The notes: generated by a model not told the origin, from the letters alone. DNA of 64,000 nt from Camelus dromedarius (GCF_036321535.1 NC_087436.1:51152001-51216000); one strand, 5' to 3'; positions 39,926 to 55,062 are shown, numbered from the stretch's first letter. Numbers and translations: made by a program.

Positions 39926-41056
39926 ACCAAGCATCTGGTGTTACTCCGCCCTCCATTGCGTGTTGACAGAGGAAAGCGGCCCAACATTTAAAAATGTTTT
40001 CTGGGCATTTTAAAGAAGTGACAGTGCAGGGGCAGCTTTCTAACCTTTCACACTGTTCCTTTGTGCACAGAAAATGGGGCCACAGGCAGAGCCAATGTCC
40101 CACAAGTGCAGGGGCCGATTTGTATACAGCCGGCACTGCCGTCCACCACTGGCCGGTTCACACGGTCTGTTCCCATTTTGTTTTTAAACCAAGCCTTCTA
40201 GGATAACCAGGGGGATACTGAGGCCCAGAGCAACAGGTCACACATGTCATTAGCCATAGAGTCAGGATGCCACTCATTCACTTCATTCTAAGTAATGTTT
40301 ATGAAGCACCTACTGGGAGCCAGGCCCTGGGGTTGGAGAGAAGACGGCACCAACTCCTTTTGTCACCACGGTCTCCACCGGATGGGATATTTTTGCCTTC
40401 ATCCGAGCCAGGTAGGGTGGGCTGTGCAGTGTGTCTGCTCTATGCTGCCGGCTTGTGCTGCCTTCCTGAGTGCTCACTGCACTGGGGCTCCCTGGGGGCC
40501 AGCAAGGGGGTGAGGTGCTGCTCCCCCCGCCACGGTGGGGGAGCTGTCCACAGGCGCCTGCAGACAAGTGATTATGGCAAGCTCAGTGTCAACAACTGTG
40601 GTCATCTTGAAGCTAACTATCCCCACCCATCTCCACCCCTTCCTTGCACTCGCCTCCCATCCCTTCTCCCTGAAACTCACACTGCCTCTCTTATTCCTCT
40701 GGAAGACTGAGTTTTACACTAGGCTTTGAGCCATAGCTGAGACTAGGTAGCTTGGAGCCTGTGGGTCTCAGACGATCACCCTGCTAGATGCTCTCCAAAT
40801 TCTCTGCAAGCTATAAATAAAGTCCTTAATCCTGTAATGATGATGTAGGACGGATGAAAGCGTGGGCAGTATTACTATTAATATTTATATGCTGTATTTA
40901 TATTCTCAGCTCCCTATGTAATTTTCATTGAGAAGATTTTGTTGTTTTAAAGAAGATACCTGTTTTAAGCTTTTAAAAAAGAAAGTCGTTTCAGGCTTAA
41001 TGTACAACTTCATTTGGCTCCTTTGCTCTGATTAATTTCTGCTCTTTTCCCTCTGA

Positions 41057-41263
<207 letters not shown>

Positions 41264-43663
41264 TAATTGTTTCTTTTAAATGTTTCAGTGCTTTGTACAT
41301 TTTAAGCCTCCATAATTCTCACGGCCTTTTATGGTCTGGTTTATAGTGTTTTGGATAAAAGAAAGCTGAATCACAGCAAATGAAAAGGCTTGTCCCAAGC
41401 TGCAGGGGAAGTCAGTGTTCGAGATAAAATTAATATTCTGGGAGGCCAGCCACCAGGACGTGCTCAGACAGCTCTGGGACACCTCGGAGGGCCTTAAAAC
41501 TCTATTCTGTCTCACATTTGGCAAATTTAATTTTTCTACACTCTTTTATTATTTATATATTTATTTACTTCTAAAGAGCATGCAGTGTCAAATTTACTAA
41601 AGATACACAACAAAATTCCTTCATATATTTACAACAGCTATAGAAGACTAGAGGATAAATTAGAACATGGTTGACAAACCTTTTCAGTTTTTTTTTGACT
41701 GTAGGATAAAAATCAATTGAGGGCTGATAACTAAACAGCAGCTTACTTTTTCTCTTTGATAAAATATGTTATTGATCTGCCATTGACTATAGTGTGCTAT
41801 TCAAATAACCAACACATAAATATACGTGCTTTACTTTCTGAATCACTTTGCTGTACACCTGAAATGTTGTAAATCAACTATATTTCAATAATAAAAAATG
41901 TTTTATTTCAAATCTGTAATGTGATCATATAGGGAAGAGAGACTGAGGGAGGAGGCTTAAGAGAGAGGAAAAGAGAAGGGAAAGAGAAAGAGACCTTAAT
42001 AGGAGGGAGCCACAAAGGGGAACTAGAGAAATACCTACACACGTGGATCCCATGCACACACGAGGATGCAGGGACAAGCTCCAAACAAAGGGAAAGTTGT
42101 ACCACCGCCAGCTCCTAAGTTGTAGGAAATTTTATCCGAAGATCCTTTTAGTTTTTGCAGCTGTGTGTGAAAGTAGGGATATAACTTCTTAAAGTCATAG
42201 TTTTTATTTTATTATTGCTATTATTATGTTTAGAAAGGACCTAGGAGAACATCTACTACAAACTCTCAACTGTAGAGATGAAAAAATTAAAATCCAAGGG
42301 GGTTAAATGACTTGATTGTAGCCACCTCATCAGCTAGTAACAAAGCTAGGATGACAAAACACGTGATCTGATTTAAAAAATTGTATGTAATAATATGTAT
42401 GTAATATATTTAACATAATATATTGCATCTTTAGCTCATCTGATTTCTGTGTCAGATTAAATTAAATTGATACTGTGTGTGGACTGAAGATTGTACATTT
42501 ATGATTTTGAGGTTTTCTATTTTATTGCAAATATAATTATACATAAAAATGTCTATTAGGAAAATCAGAAACTTCTTTAACGGCACATACAAATGTTCTT
42601 TTACCTTTCCGTGATAATTAGGAAATTATGAATGTGATCAGAGAATTGTGGAAACACTAAAGAATCTATCTTTTTAATAATATCCCAAATTTATATAGAT
42701 AGTTATTTCTTCTTTTTTTGGCAAAGTTATTTCCCTTTTGTTATTTCATTTTATTTTCATAACCTGTTAGGTCTTTGGAGTGGGTATTTTTTATGCCATT
42801 TTTACACTGTATATAAATAGGCACAGGGACGTCACTAAAATGAAGACGTGGTGTGAGGTCTCCCCAGAGACAGACGTAGAGACAGACGGCGTCCTCCCTT
42901 CTAGACTTCTGTTCGGAGGAGAGAGTCACAACATGTGGAATGATACAAAGCTGTGGCTTTTCATGCATTACTCTCTCCTCTTATTTTGTTTAAGTTTGTG
43001 CTTCTTGTCTGCTAGGAGCATCTTGACTCTATGTAACTTCAAGCTCCAGCTCTTGCCCTCTGTCCTTTAAATGATGAATTATTTCCTCTTCGGTCTGTGT
43101 GTGCCGGGTATCTTGAATCTTTTCTTGTTTATTCTTGGACTCAGTCTTTGGTTTGTTTATCTCTTTAGGACTTATTCGGATCCTCTAAGGTCAAGAGGGT
43201 TTCTCTTGGGGAAACAGTAACCCAAGTGACCTGCCATACTTGCTTTAAAAATTTGGATATGGTGGGCAAATATGTTACTTTTAGGAAGAAGTGGATAATC
43301 AATGTCTCATTTATCTTTATTACCCATATCTAATGTTATTTCATAAATAAAGGAATCATTGCTGCTGTTTTACTATTAAAATTTTACTTTTTTAAGGCAA
43401 ATATTGCTGAAGGTTTTATAGCTAGGAAACTATAAGATCCTTTGGGGGCTTCACTTAATAGGATTTCTTTTGGTTATAAGACTTCTGTGCCATCTCTTAC
43501 AGTTTGATTACTCAAATTTCAGAGTTTCTGTTTTGTGATTTTGGTGGGTTAATTCCAAATATTACCTGGGAGTGAAGAATGGACTTAGAACGTTGGTGAA
43601 AATTGTTACTGAATCAAAGTAAATTACTTGGCTTTATCTGAATTGCCCTTTTTTCTCCCTTAG

Positions 43664-43786
43664 GCATTTGGATTCAACCCTAAGATTGACAACTATGTTG
43701 AGAAGGCAGTTGCTGTGTTTGGTGGATTTTACATACTTTTCTTTTTTGAAAGAATGCTTAAGATGTTATTAAAGACATATGGTCAG
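43664..43786 (+). CDS. SLC39A8: ZIP8 coding exon 4 (TM3)
   Basis: Acceptor ttttctcccttag|GCA. Translates [41 protein letters not shown]. Donor CAG|GTAAAT; 123 nt. Confidence 0.97.
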
Positions 43787-44311
43787 GTAAATGGGCTTTA
43801 CTTAAAATTGGCTTTATTTCTCATTTATTTGAACAGTATAGTTTGCTGTTTTACCCACTAAAGCTACCTGATAGAGGCAAATACAGGCAGGAATTTTATT
43901 CTTACAATTATGCGAGCAGTGTAGATATTAGATTTGTGAATGTGAGGAGAAAGAAAAGAGTCAACGTATTGCTAAGTACAGGAGGAACACTTGATTTGTA
44001 TTGTAGAATTTGGAGTAAATACTAGCACTTTGATGTCCAATAACAGATGCACATAATTTGTATTCCATCCGTATTCATCAGCACAGGAAGGATATGCTCC
44101 CTGACATGAAGGAACAGAAACAGCAGAATCTAACAAATGGGCATACACTTAGAGGGAGAGAAATTTTATAAACCTAAAAAGATCACACCACATACAGAAT
44201 AGACATACAAATTTTCTCATGTAAATAAAACCCACTAAATTCTGTTTTCCTGCCTGTATGTGCCATCTTTTTTCTTCTTGTAACCTTTTCCTCCCTTATT
44301 TTTCTGTGTAG

Positions 44312-44485
<174 letters not shown>

Positions 44486-47400
44486 TAATTCTCTGCACTC
44501 TGCTGCATCCTTGACACACTATGGAGACTGCTGTGAATTCAGTCAAGTCAGTATTTCACACATTTAATTGTGTCAGATTTATTCCTGTATATATGTGGGA
44601 TAAGCGGAGTGTAAGTCTGTTTCTTTTTCCACTTTCCCTCCATCTATTTACTATAAACACATGAGTTAAGCAAGAAATTGTAGGTTACTAGGTCAGAGGC
44701 TTTATTATTCTCTAAGATTGTTTAACTGTGTAAGAGTCACATAGATTTATATGATAGCAAAATTAATTCAGAGCATTTCTCTTATTTTGCAATTCTTTCT
44801 AAGATCCTAAACCAAAGAATCTCTGACTGATTTTGAAACTGAAAGATTTGTAAGCTATTAAAATTGTATTCATTAATTAATTGATTTAGAATGCGTGTTC
44901 CCATTTTCTAAATAATGTTAAGAGGTATCATTTCTTGAACATATGGTAAATGCCAGGTAATATGCCAGGGCCTTATTTTATCTCCCTTAGCTTTTATAGC
45001 AACTATTAAAATTAGGGATTATTTTCTACATATTAGAACTACATAGCAAAACTCTTTAGAACTGAAAGTAGGGATTATTTCCTATATATAAGAACTATTT
45101 GGAAAGCAACCCCAAATTATGTATGCAAAAAGGAGAATTTATTGGAGAGATAATGGGCTGTCTAATGGAATAACCAAGCTACAGGGAGATCAAGAACCTG
45201 GAACCATGAGAATCATCCGGCCTCCCTCTCTTTCTTCTTTCTGCATCTCTGAGCCATTCTTTCCTTTTACTGTGGGCTGGCTCCTTCATAAATGGGAAGC
45301 ATAGCCACTAACAACTCCTGAGATCTAAGTTTTATAATTTCAGCTGCTAGAAGGAAATTGACCCGCCTCTTCTGGTCCTAAATTCACAACTCTGGCAAGT
45401 GTCTCCTTGGTCCAGCTTGAATTAGATGTCCACTTAGACTAGTCTAAGTGCTTAGACGGCTGGGTCCCTTGTACGCCCCCAAGGAAATGTAGATGCAGCA
45501 GAGAAGTGGTTATTAAAAAGTGAGACTGGGATGTCATTGGTGTCCACAGCATTCTCATTTGACAGATTAAGAAAGTGGAGCTTTAAATATTAAATAATCT
45601 CTTCAGTGTCACTCAGCTTATAAATGACAGATCCGCAAGCTACAAAGTTAAACACAATATAAAAGAGAACAATTAAAAATAAAATTAAAAGGAAGCCAGC
45701 CAAGTAAAAAAAAAAAAAAAAAAGCAGAAAGAAGGTATTTGGAAGAGGTTATTAGCACAAATGACCTGAGTTTCCTTCTGGAAAGAAAGCATGATTGGTC
45801 CTTCACTTCTTCCCACCTGATTACGGAAAATCTCAAGTGTATTTGAAAAGGCAGTTTTGTATTAGCACTAAGCTAAGAGAGGAAATTATTTTATGAAAAG
45901 TAATGAATGATGCTTTCAGGGAAGATTTTTGCAAAGAATATGGAAATGTTCAAATAGATAACTTCTTATAATAATTGCAGCTAACATTTATTAGATGTTC
46001 AAGGACTATGCCTAGAACTTTAGATGAATGATCTCGTTTGATCCGTGAAACAGCTGAGGAGACAAGCACTCTTACAATGAGGAGGCTGTGGCTTAGGTCA
46101 AATAAAACCAAGGACACACGGCTCCTAATGGTGAGGCTTGAATCAGGACTGAGGCGTCTGGTGTTGAAGCCTGCACTCTTGTCTGCCTTGCAGGACTGCC
46201 TTCTGCATGTCACTGCTCTAACAGAACCAAGATGATCACATTAACTCTTAACTTAGTAAATAATAATTTTTGTGGAGGGAAGAAGATAACTTGCCCCAAG
46301 GGCCCTGCTTTCTGAGGACAAATAAAATTGAATGACTCAAAAGTTTGACTTTAGTTTTCAAGTTTTAGGGCTTGGTGATGTGAAAACGATATGTGAGGTC
46401 TTCTTTGATTGATCGAGAAACATCCCTTAAGAGGTCAGCAGAGAATTGGATGATGAGAAAGAAGAGCCAGCCATGCAAATATCTAGGAAAATAATATTCG
46501 AGAAGCTTTGAGAATAATCAAACAGATCCCATCCAAGGGAACTGGAAGCTCAGTGGCACTAAACTTGCCAACATCAATGCTGGAGACCAGTGGCACTGTA
46601 TTCTGTTGAATGTTCTGAATAGAATACACTGTGCAGTTGTGAACCTGGGTGGACTACCAATCCAGTGAGAGAGCAGAATGAAGCTAAGAGTCTGGAAATA
46701 CACTTCTAGGAACGAGAAGTCCTCCTAAGGCAGAGAAGGGGTGTGCCAGGACGACACCCATGCACCTGGCCTTGACATGAACTGTAAACAGTCCTGGCAC
46801 TTGGTTCCTCTGGGGACTGGTTTCTGGACTGTAATCTCCAGTGAAGAGAGATTTAAACAAATCGAGCATCATACTGTTATTTTCAGTTTTCTCTTACGGC
46901 ATTAAAAAAATGGAAAGCAGTGGAATTTAAGAACTACTATTAGGATCTATTTTGCTTTAAGAGATAGTGGGTAGAGAAACGTGAGCGATACTGATTTTAA
47001 TAATAAAATTAGAATATTTTCTAATATTTTCTTGGGATAGATTTAACCTGAGTGACCCCATTACAGTGATTGAACATGACGTGTAAAACTCGTGGTTCAT
47101 TTTGAATTCCAAGTCTAGCTTTGAGAATTTGGTTGATGATTTCTTGTTGCGGCTTCTTCAACACAATGAAGTTTTTCCAAATTAAAAATAATAAGAAACC
47201 ATCTAAGAGTGAGTTAAGAAAAGTAGTTGTAGCTTGACATTACTATCAAAGGAACACAAATTATGTGACAATCTAGACTATAACAGCATGATTCTTGGTT
47301 GTTCTGGAATATAGGAAGAACAAAATAAATGTTACAGAATCATTGAAGTGCATGACTTAGGGATGTCTTTTTTAATGTTCATCTTTGGTCCATCACAGAA

Positions 47401-48127
47401 TACTCAGAAATGCTATAATGTTTAAGTTTAGTTGCCTTCAGCATTTTGTCTGTATTCAGTCATATAAAGACCATATTTTACATGTATTTTTGAAAATTTT
47501 GTTGCCATGGAAGCGTATTTATCATGGTAGGAGGGTAGAATTTTATATGGAACCATCAAAGACCTAGAATTGCCAAAGCATTGCTGAAGTAGAAGATATT
47601 TTGTTTAACAGTTTGTTAGCTTGATTTTATATTTAGAGAAATGGTGTGAAACTTCCCTGGTCCCCTTGCTCTAGCCTCGATAAATGTTAGCACCACAACC
47701 CACGTGGCAGGTGTGTGCGCATTGCTGTGGGCATGTGGGCGCATGCGTGTCTCGGGGGAAAGGTCAAGGTAATAGAGGCGTAATAAGAAGACAGTTTTGA
47801 GGGAAGGATTCCATTTCTCCGGTTATTCAGTTATTGCCACTAAGTGATGTTTCTTATCTTACCCTGTGACACTTGCTCGGATCCTTTCTCTCTCTGACTA
47901 TTGTACAAACACAGGGAGAAGGCATTTCAGTATCTATACGAACAGGTGGGTCTTCCCCCCCGCGAGCATAAGCTTTGGAAGGACTGTGTTTATTAGACGT
48001 TGCTTCCTCAGGAATGTCAGGTACTTTGGGGAGTGTTAGCTCTTCAAGGCCACTAGAGGGCCCACCTGGCTCATTCCTCCAGTAGTCCGTAATCAGTCTC
48101 TCTAAATGAACCTCCTGTGCTTTCATT

Positions 48128-48290
48128 CAAGAACAAGGTCCTGCTCTATCGCACGGGGAATTATATTCAATAGCTTGTAATAACCTATAATGAAAAGAAT
48201 ATGAAAAAGCATGTGTATGTGTAACTGAATCACCATGCTGTACACCAGAAACTAACACAACATTGTAAATCAACTACACTTAAAAAAAAA
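48128..48290 (+). mobile_element. L1 3'UTR fragment
   Basis: aacaaggtcctgctctat...taacctataatgaaaagaat...caactacacttaaaaaaaaa. Confidence 0.82.
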
Positions 48291-48720
48291 GGATGCCATT
48301 AAATACAAAGTGATACGAGCCATTTGTTTCTTCTTTCTAATAGAAGAAAGATTAATATCAGCCATTTTTAGAAGTTGACTATTGTGAGTTTTATGTTTAA
48401 AATCGAGGTTCAATGAAGTGGAATTTAGCTGCCAAGTGTGGTGCTGTTAGGGAGACTTACTTTGTCAATAACTGAAAGGGAGTGATACTCTACAAATACA
48501 AAGATAACATTTTTGAGGTGCTTGGGTCTCCATGAGGGTCAAGCAGGTTTTAAATACACTTCATGATTCAAGTATTTATTGAGCACCTAATATGCACTGG
48601 CATTATTCTAAGTACTGAGAAGCCATCCATGGACAGAACAGAAAAACTCTGCCCTTCCGTAACTTAACTGAAAAGTTATATAATATACAGAAATACTATA
48701 TAGAACAGTGGAAAGCATCC

Positions 48721-48800
48721 TTTTTTTTTTAAACATTTTTTATTGATTTATAATCATTTTACAATGTAGTGTCAAATTCCAGTGTAGAGCATAATTTTTC
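48721..48800 (-). mobile_element. Very short L1 3' terminus
   Basis: polyT then aaacattttttattgatttataatcattttacaatgtagtgtcaaattccagtgtagagc, a variant of the L1 3' end seen elsewhere in the window. Confidence 0.7.
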
Positions 48801-49024
48801 TTTCTTTCTTTTTTTTTTTTTAAGTTCAAAAAACAAACCAGAAGCTCTGTGTATCTGTGGGGCTTGTCTACTGCTCTTGTCTCTTGTGTGGTTGGTTTTT
48901 CTCCATTCTGGAGTAGGAAGGATGGGGAAATAGGGTGGGAAAAGAAGGGGGGCTGTGAATGTCTGACTCCATACTGTTGTCTTCACTCATGTACTTTACT
49001 CCAGGCTTCAGTTTGCTCAGTGCC

Positions 49025-49162
49025 TTTTTTACTTTATTTTATTTTTGGGTGGGGGAGGTAATTAGATTTATTTATTTATTTTAAGAGGAGGTATGGGGAT
49101 TAAACCCAGGACCTCATGCGTGCTAAGCATACGCTCTACCACTTGAGCTGTACCCTCTCCCC
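49025..49162 (-). mobile_element. Vic-1-like SINE
   Basis: Reverse complement of the 139 copy (GGGGGAGGTAATTAG...AACCCAGGACCTCATGCGTGCTAAGCATACGCTCTACCACT). Flanks tgctcagtgcc / tgctctgtgtcc resemble a decayed TSD. Confidence 0.85.
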
Positions 49163-52100
49163 CTGCTCTGTGTCCTTGAATCGAGGGTCTCTCTGGTTCA
49201 GTTTCCCCAGAGGGTAAGTCTCCAGTCATCATTTGGGGTGGTTGCCCTGCTGTATTGGCTTGGGAGCAATGATCTGGGGTTTTAATTGCTCCCTATATAA
49301 ACTTACAACGAATTCCCTTACTTCTAGTTCCACTCTTTCCCTGCCCCCTTCAGAGAGACTTGGCACCTCTGTTCCCTGAACTTTTCTGAGGTTCCGGGCT
49401 CTGCATCCCTTTATTTCTTGTTGACTTTTTCGCTCTGTGAAGCCAGAACTCACCCTCTTCTTTTCGTCTTCCAAAATAAATATCTCAGTGCTCTCATCTT
49501 CCAATCTTTCTGTCCTTGTGACTTTATGGTTTTTTTAGTCTTTTATTTTAGGAAGTTTCAGGAGGGACTAGAAAAAAATATGTTTGTCTAGCCTGCCATA
49601 TTTCACCAAAGACCTATTTACTATTTTAAATCATATAGTTTTTGAACATCACAGGATTTAGAAACAGAAGTCAGTTACTCTCTTTTATGTGGTCATACTA
49701 ACAATTAGTTAAAATTGAAAACTGTAATTGTGTAAGAAGTGGTTTTCATTGATCCTGACTGACAGGTGCTTACAAGAAAGCTGCAGGCGATGTCCCGCCC
49801 CTGGGGGAGGAGGAGCACTGAGTGCACCTTGGCTGCTGGGGGAGCTTGTTGTCTCACTGGATCCGTCTCAGTGCTTCCCTGCTCCCCACAGCCTAGTTTA
49901 TCAGGCTCTAGTCTATGTGTTTTGAAAATTGTGAAAATTTGTACCTGAATCCACTAGGAATTTAGCCTACACTTCACTGATACTAATGATGCTTTTATTC
50001 ATCTTTAACGAACACCTTTTCATACTGTCAAGAGTAATTGTTCCAAAAAGTTTTTCCTTACTCTACAAAATTCTTCCTGCGACCTTGTCTTCCTTTTATG
50101 AGGAAACTGCGAAGGTTATTTGGAATCTCTGAACTTTGCTGTCTCACCTCCTCAGTCACTTTCTGAAAGTGCTCTGTGTCCTCGCTTGTGTCCCCCTCAT
50201 CTGTTCTCCAGCATCCCTTTTGTGTCAAAACTTGTATCCTTTTCCCTTTTTTAAGGCCAGTTCCTCCGAATGTGCTCATCTTTCCCATAACCTCTTCCTG
50301 TCTTCATCTGTCTCTCCTGAATCTTTCCTTCTCTCCATGTCTACACACATCACAAGAATTTTCTTCTTTAAAATACTCCTTTTTTCTTAACTTTGCTACT
50401 CCCCGAGATTTCTGAAGCCTCTCCTTCCCGACATGGCCCAACATCTTGAAACATCAGCTAATGCTGAAATGAGACTACACATCGGACATTGCCTTATGTG
50501 CTTTACGTATGTTAACTCATTTACTTCTCAGAGTCACAACTGTATAAGGTGAGTACAGTCACTATCTCCATCTTAAAGATGGAAAACGGATGTACAGAGA
50601 AGCCGAGGAACTTAGCCAAGGTCACATGTGTACCAAGTTAGGAAGCCCGGGCGTCCTGGTTCCCAGGATGGTAACCGCTACCCTGCACTGCGCTGCCTGT
50701 TCTTTCCGCTTGCTGACTGGTCACTACGTGCTCTCTCCTCTTATTCATCGGCTCCTCAAATATTTAATTGTCCATAATTTAAAAAATTCACTACCTATTC
50801 TCTGAAATTTCTTTTTGGAACAGTACAAGTGATTTTTCTAGGTAGCAGGCTATGTTCTTAACACTCATTCTCATTCTTTCTGAAGCATTCCTGTAGTTTC
50901 TCACTCATTCTTGGCTAAATGCTAGGAATATAAAGGCAGATTTTTCACTGGAACTTATTTCTTCCCTCTTGGAATGACTCATTAGATGGTTTCTGTGATG
51001 TGAGACTATCCTTCTTCCCGTTTCCTTAGTTACTACTTTCCTGGAATCTCCTTTCCTTTGCAGGGCAACTGGGAGGAGGAAGCAAGGGCTTTGGAGTTAC
51101 ATGGGCCAGTGTTCATGTCTTAGCAATTAAATATATTAGCTGTGTGGTCTGGGGAAAGTTAATTGACATCTCTGAGTCTTTGTTTATTCACCTGTAAAAT
51201 GAGGAGCCAAAAGCCTTAAATTAATATTTTTTTGTGAAAATATTTTCTTAGGGGCCAACTATATAACAATGTCTCTGACATTATATGGGTGTGATAAATA
51301 TATATTTTCCTCCTCCTTTCAGTCACCAAATTTTTTTCTTCACTTTCCTTAGTTTTTCATCATACTGATCTCATCAACCCTATCACTTCAATTTTCATTT
51401 CTCTGGGATTAACTTTTAAATCTATATGCAAATCATTTGCAGATCATCACTTAGAAGAGGTCTTCTTGTACGAAGCCCTAAGGGCTTTTGAATCTATTTG
51501 TGTTTTTTTCACTAGGATAGAGTAACACAATGAGAGGATAAAAACATAGAATGTCATGCTTTCTCATCTTTATTATTTACCCTTTTTGAAATTTGAGTAC
51601 CTTTCCTAGAAACTGAAGTTTGATTTTTAAAACTTGAAGGCTATTTGGTAATAAAGGCAACTTTCTGAGTGTAAATGCCTGCAAGCCAGCCATTGACCTC
51701 TGTCTGATAGACTAGGAGAACTTGATACATTTGCTCTCACTGAAATAAAACTTTGAAGTCCAACTTAAGTTGCCATTTGAATGGTATTATCAGTTTTTGC
51801 ACCAGATTCTCTGTCAGAGTTGTTCAGCTACACACTCATCAGTCCAGTTGTATCTGTCACACTCGGACACATTCAGTTCATTTGAAAGGACATTAAAATA
51901 ATGGTACCTTAATTATGTATGACAGGTATTTGATTGTCATATTATTGAAATAATTGGGGTGCATAAAATCTTTCAAAATTGAATTTAGGTCTGTAGTCAG
52001 TGCTGTTAACTTTTTGAGTCTGGATACAGACATTTTATACAGATAAATTATTAAGATGAGAAAGATTTAGTGATACGAAACGTAAAAATTATAATTTGAA

Positions 52101-52759
52101 AGGTGAGCTAGAGTCACACCACTGGGGATAGAGCATGCAACCTAAATTAAATCAGAACTGAAATGAAGAGGTTTGCAACATCAGCCAGAGCAACTTGCCA
52201 GAAAGGAAAACCATCCATTAGGAACAACTTTTGCTGTTCCAGATAAAACCATGTCCCAGATATGTAAATTTGGCAGAAGCATTTTAGTTGATACCCAGTG
52301 TGAGGACGATTTAGGGTTACTGTTGTTTCTTAAATTAGCCACTCATTTGTCCAGCTCGGACATCCCTGTTCTCACACAGGGAGGCTGGCAGTGTTGCCAC
52401 TGACACAGAAAATTCATACAGAAAGAGTCAGTACTACCAACCCCTAGGCCAGATGGGAGAATCAAATAAGATAATGTATATGAAACTGCTTTGAAATGTA
52501 CCCAAATCTGTACTAATAAATCTATCTGAAGGATAGTTACTTACGGGTCTCAGGGACTGCTATGATATCCAAATGAAAAGGGAATATTTTATTTGCTCAT
52601 CTGATAAATGTTTAAATGGTTAGTATTTTTATAAAGTTCATAATTTTAATCTATTAATGTGTGCTTTCAGGTCCATGTGAGCATAATTTAAATGTTATAA
52701 AAATTTGAGTTCTGGGTATAACTTGTAGACTTTCGGGTTTTCTTTTGCCTCTGTATGTA

Positions 52760-52760
<1 letters not shown>

Positions 52761-52805
<45 letters not shown>
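52761..52805. repeat. (CA)n microsatellite
   Basis: Read directly. Confidence 0.97.
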
Positions 52806-52807
<2 letters not shown>

Positions 52808-53299
52808 TTAATTTCTGTTGAATAAAAATATTTTAAAGTAAAAAAAAGAAAAGAAGGAAAAGGCATTAGAGGACAAGACATTCCCAGCGAAATGCTCTCT
52901 ATCTCCCTAGAAATTAGCAGGAAAATCCTGACTGATTTCTATCCCATATGTTGTTTACCAAAGAATCTAAAAATTCAAAGAGACAGAAATCTTCTGTGAG
53001 TTATTAGGATAGGATGCCAAAAACATCTTGGTTTCTAACTTGATTAACAAAATGCAGAGCAAGAGAGAAAACAGAAGATCTGTTTGATGTTGGTGGGAAA
53101 GAAGGAAAGACACATCTGATAAAAGTTCCAGTTGGTATCAGTTGATCTTGGCAAGAGTTGGTCTGCTGGAGTTGAAAGACCAAAAATGATGGCGTGAGCC
53201 TATTTTTCAGAAAAAATTCTGGTATGATTAACAGATATGAATCAGTCAGAAAGAGAACTCAGGAAGAAGTGGGAAAGATGATTAAATTTTCTCTAAATA

Positions 53300-54786
53300 A
53301 ACATTTTTATTGAGGCAGAACATACATACAGAATAGTGGACAGATCATCATTATATAGCTCTATGAATTCTTCCCAGTAAATCCATCCGTGGAACCACCA
53401 CCTACACCATGAAACAGACTATATTCATCAGCAGTTCAGAAGCCTCCATTGCTCCCCACCCCTACCCACCCAGCGATTACACTGTTTCCTCCCAAAGGAA
53501 ACTGCTACTATGTGTTCTAACATTGTACAATGCATAGGTTTTCATGGAGAATGTAATCTTTTTTATCTGCCTTCTTGTGTTCAAAATTACATTTGTGAAA
53601 TTGATTCACACTGCTGCTTGTAATAGTAGTCCACTCATTTTCATTGCTTTATAGTATTCCATTGCATGTGTACATCTCATCAGTATCATTATCATGAACT
53701 TAATCTTACCATATATATTCATGTTTTTATATTTTTGCTATGTATCTGTATATCCATAAACAATACACTGGATTGTTTTCCATTTTTCAAGCTGAGTAAA
53801 GAAGATATATTGGACACTTCATTGGGCAATTTGCTTTTTGGGGGCCCATATTTTAGTCCTTGTAGTTTTAATTCATTCATTTTATCTGTGTGATCTTAGT
53901 TCATTTTCTTGACAATAATAATTTTTTTTTCTTCCCAGCTGTTTGCTCTAACAAACATCCCTGCACAGTACCTTCTTATACATGTCTCATCGTACCTGTG
54001 TGTGAGCTGGGTGCTAATGGCATTTCAGACAGAACAATTCTTTGTGCGAAAGTGTTCTGTGCATTGTAGGTTATTAATGACTTCTGGCTTCCAGGGTATT
54101 ATTTATTAGTAGTAACACTCAGTCATTAATGACAACCAAAAAATAGCCCCATTACCCTCATATTTCTAAATGCCCTTGGGTGACACTTGGATGGTTGCAG
54201 ATTTAGAATCATTGATCTAGAGCTTTTCTAAACTGAAGTCTTGTGAGACAAGTAAGTCCCATAGAAAATGATTTAAGTGAGTGTTTTCTCTCATCTCTTA
54301 AGGACGGTACATAGTACCATTACATATACATAGAACATCAAATAATTTATTATATGTATGGATGCCTTAAGGCATTAGGGCTAAACTGTCTCACAGAAAC
54401 TCTGTGAGAAAGGTCAGGGCACATAGCTAGACTTGTAAGAAATGGGTCATAGGATATGCACATACGTAATTTTACTGAATAACAACAGCACATTGGTCTC
54501 CAAACTCTTATACTTATTTACACTCTCATCAGAAGCTGAAGAGAAGTCACATTTTCTCCACATCTTTGGCAAGTTTTGGAAATTTTAGACTTAAAAACAA
54601 TCTATTGCTAATTTAATGAGTTTGAAATGGTCTCTTTCTGTGATTTGCCTCTGTATATTTCCGGTTACTAGTGAAGTTGAGCATCTCTTTATATGCTTAT
54701 TGGCCATAAGTTTGCCTTTGTGTTTCCTGTTCATCTTTTTCACACATTTTTAGTTGAGTTGTTTGTCTTTTTTCCTGTTGATTTGT
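53300..54786 (-). mobile_element. Ancient L1M 3' region interrupted by a hAT-type MER (~54005-54220)
   Basis: tttttattgaggcagaacatacatacag...gtgaagttgagcatctctttatatgcttattggcca; the insert ends tttagaatcattgatctag. Confidence 0.6.
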
Positions 54787-54848
54787 ATTAAAGAAAAACT
54801 TATTCTGACACTTGTTGAAATGGCAAGGAAGACTTTATTCGAGACTAT

Positions 54849-55062
54849 GGAAATATTTTTCTTTCTCTTTCTCTTTCTGGCTTACTTCACTTAGAATGAT
54901 GATTTCCAGGTCCATCCATGTTGCTGCAACTATATTCAATATCTTGTAGTAACCTATAATGAAAAAGAATATGAAAAGGAATATATGTATGTTTATGTAT
55001 GACTGAAGCATTATGCTGTGCACCAGAAATTGCCACAACATTGTAAACTGACTATACTTCAA
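54849..55062 (+). mobile_element. 5'-inverted L1 fragment inside an LTR remnant
   Basis: Antisense ORF2 end (54849-54929, AATWMDLEIIILSEVSQKEKEK on the - strand) joined to a sense 3'UTR (54930-55062). Confidence 0.85.
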
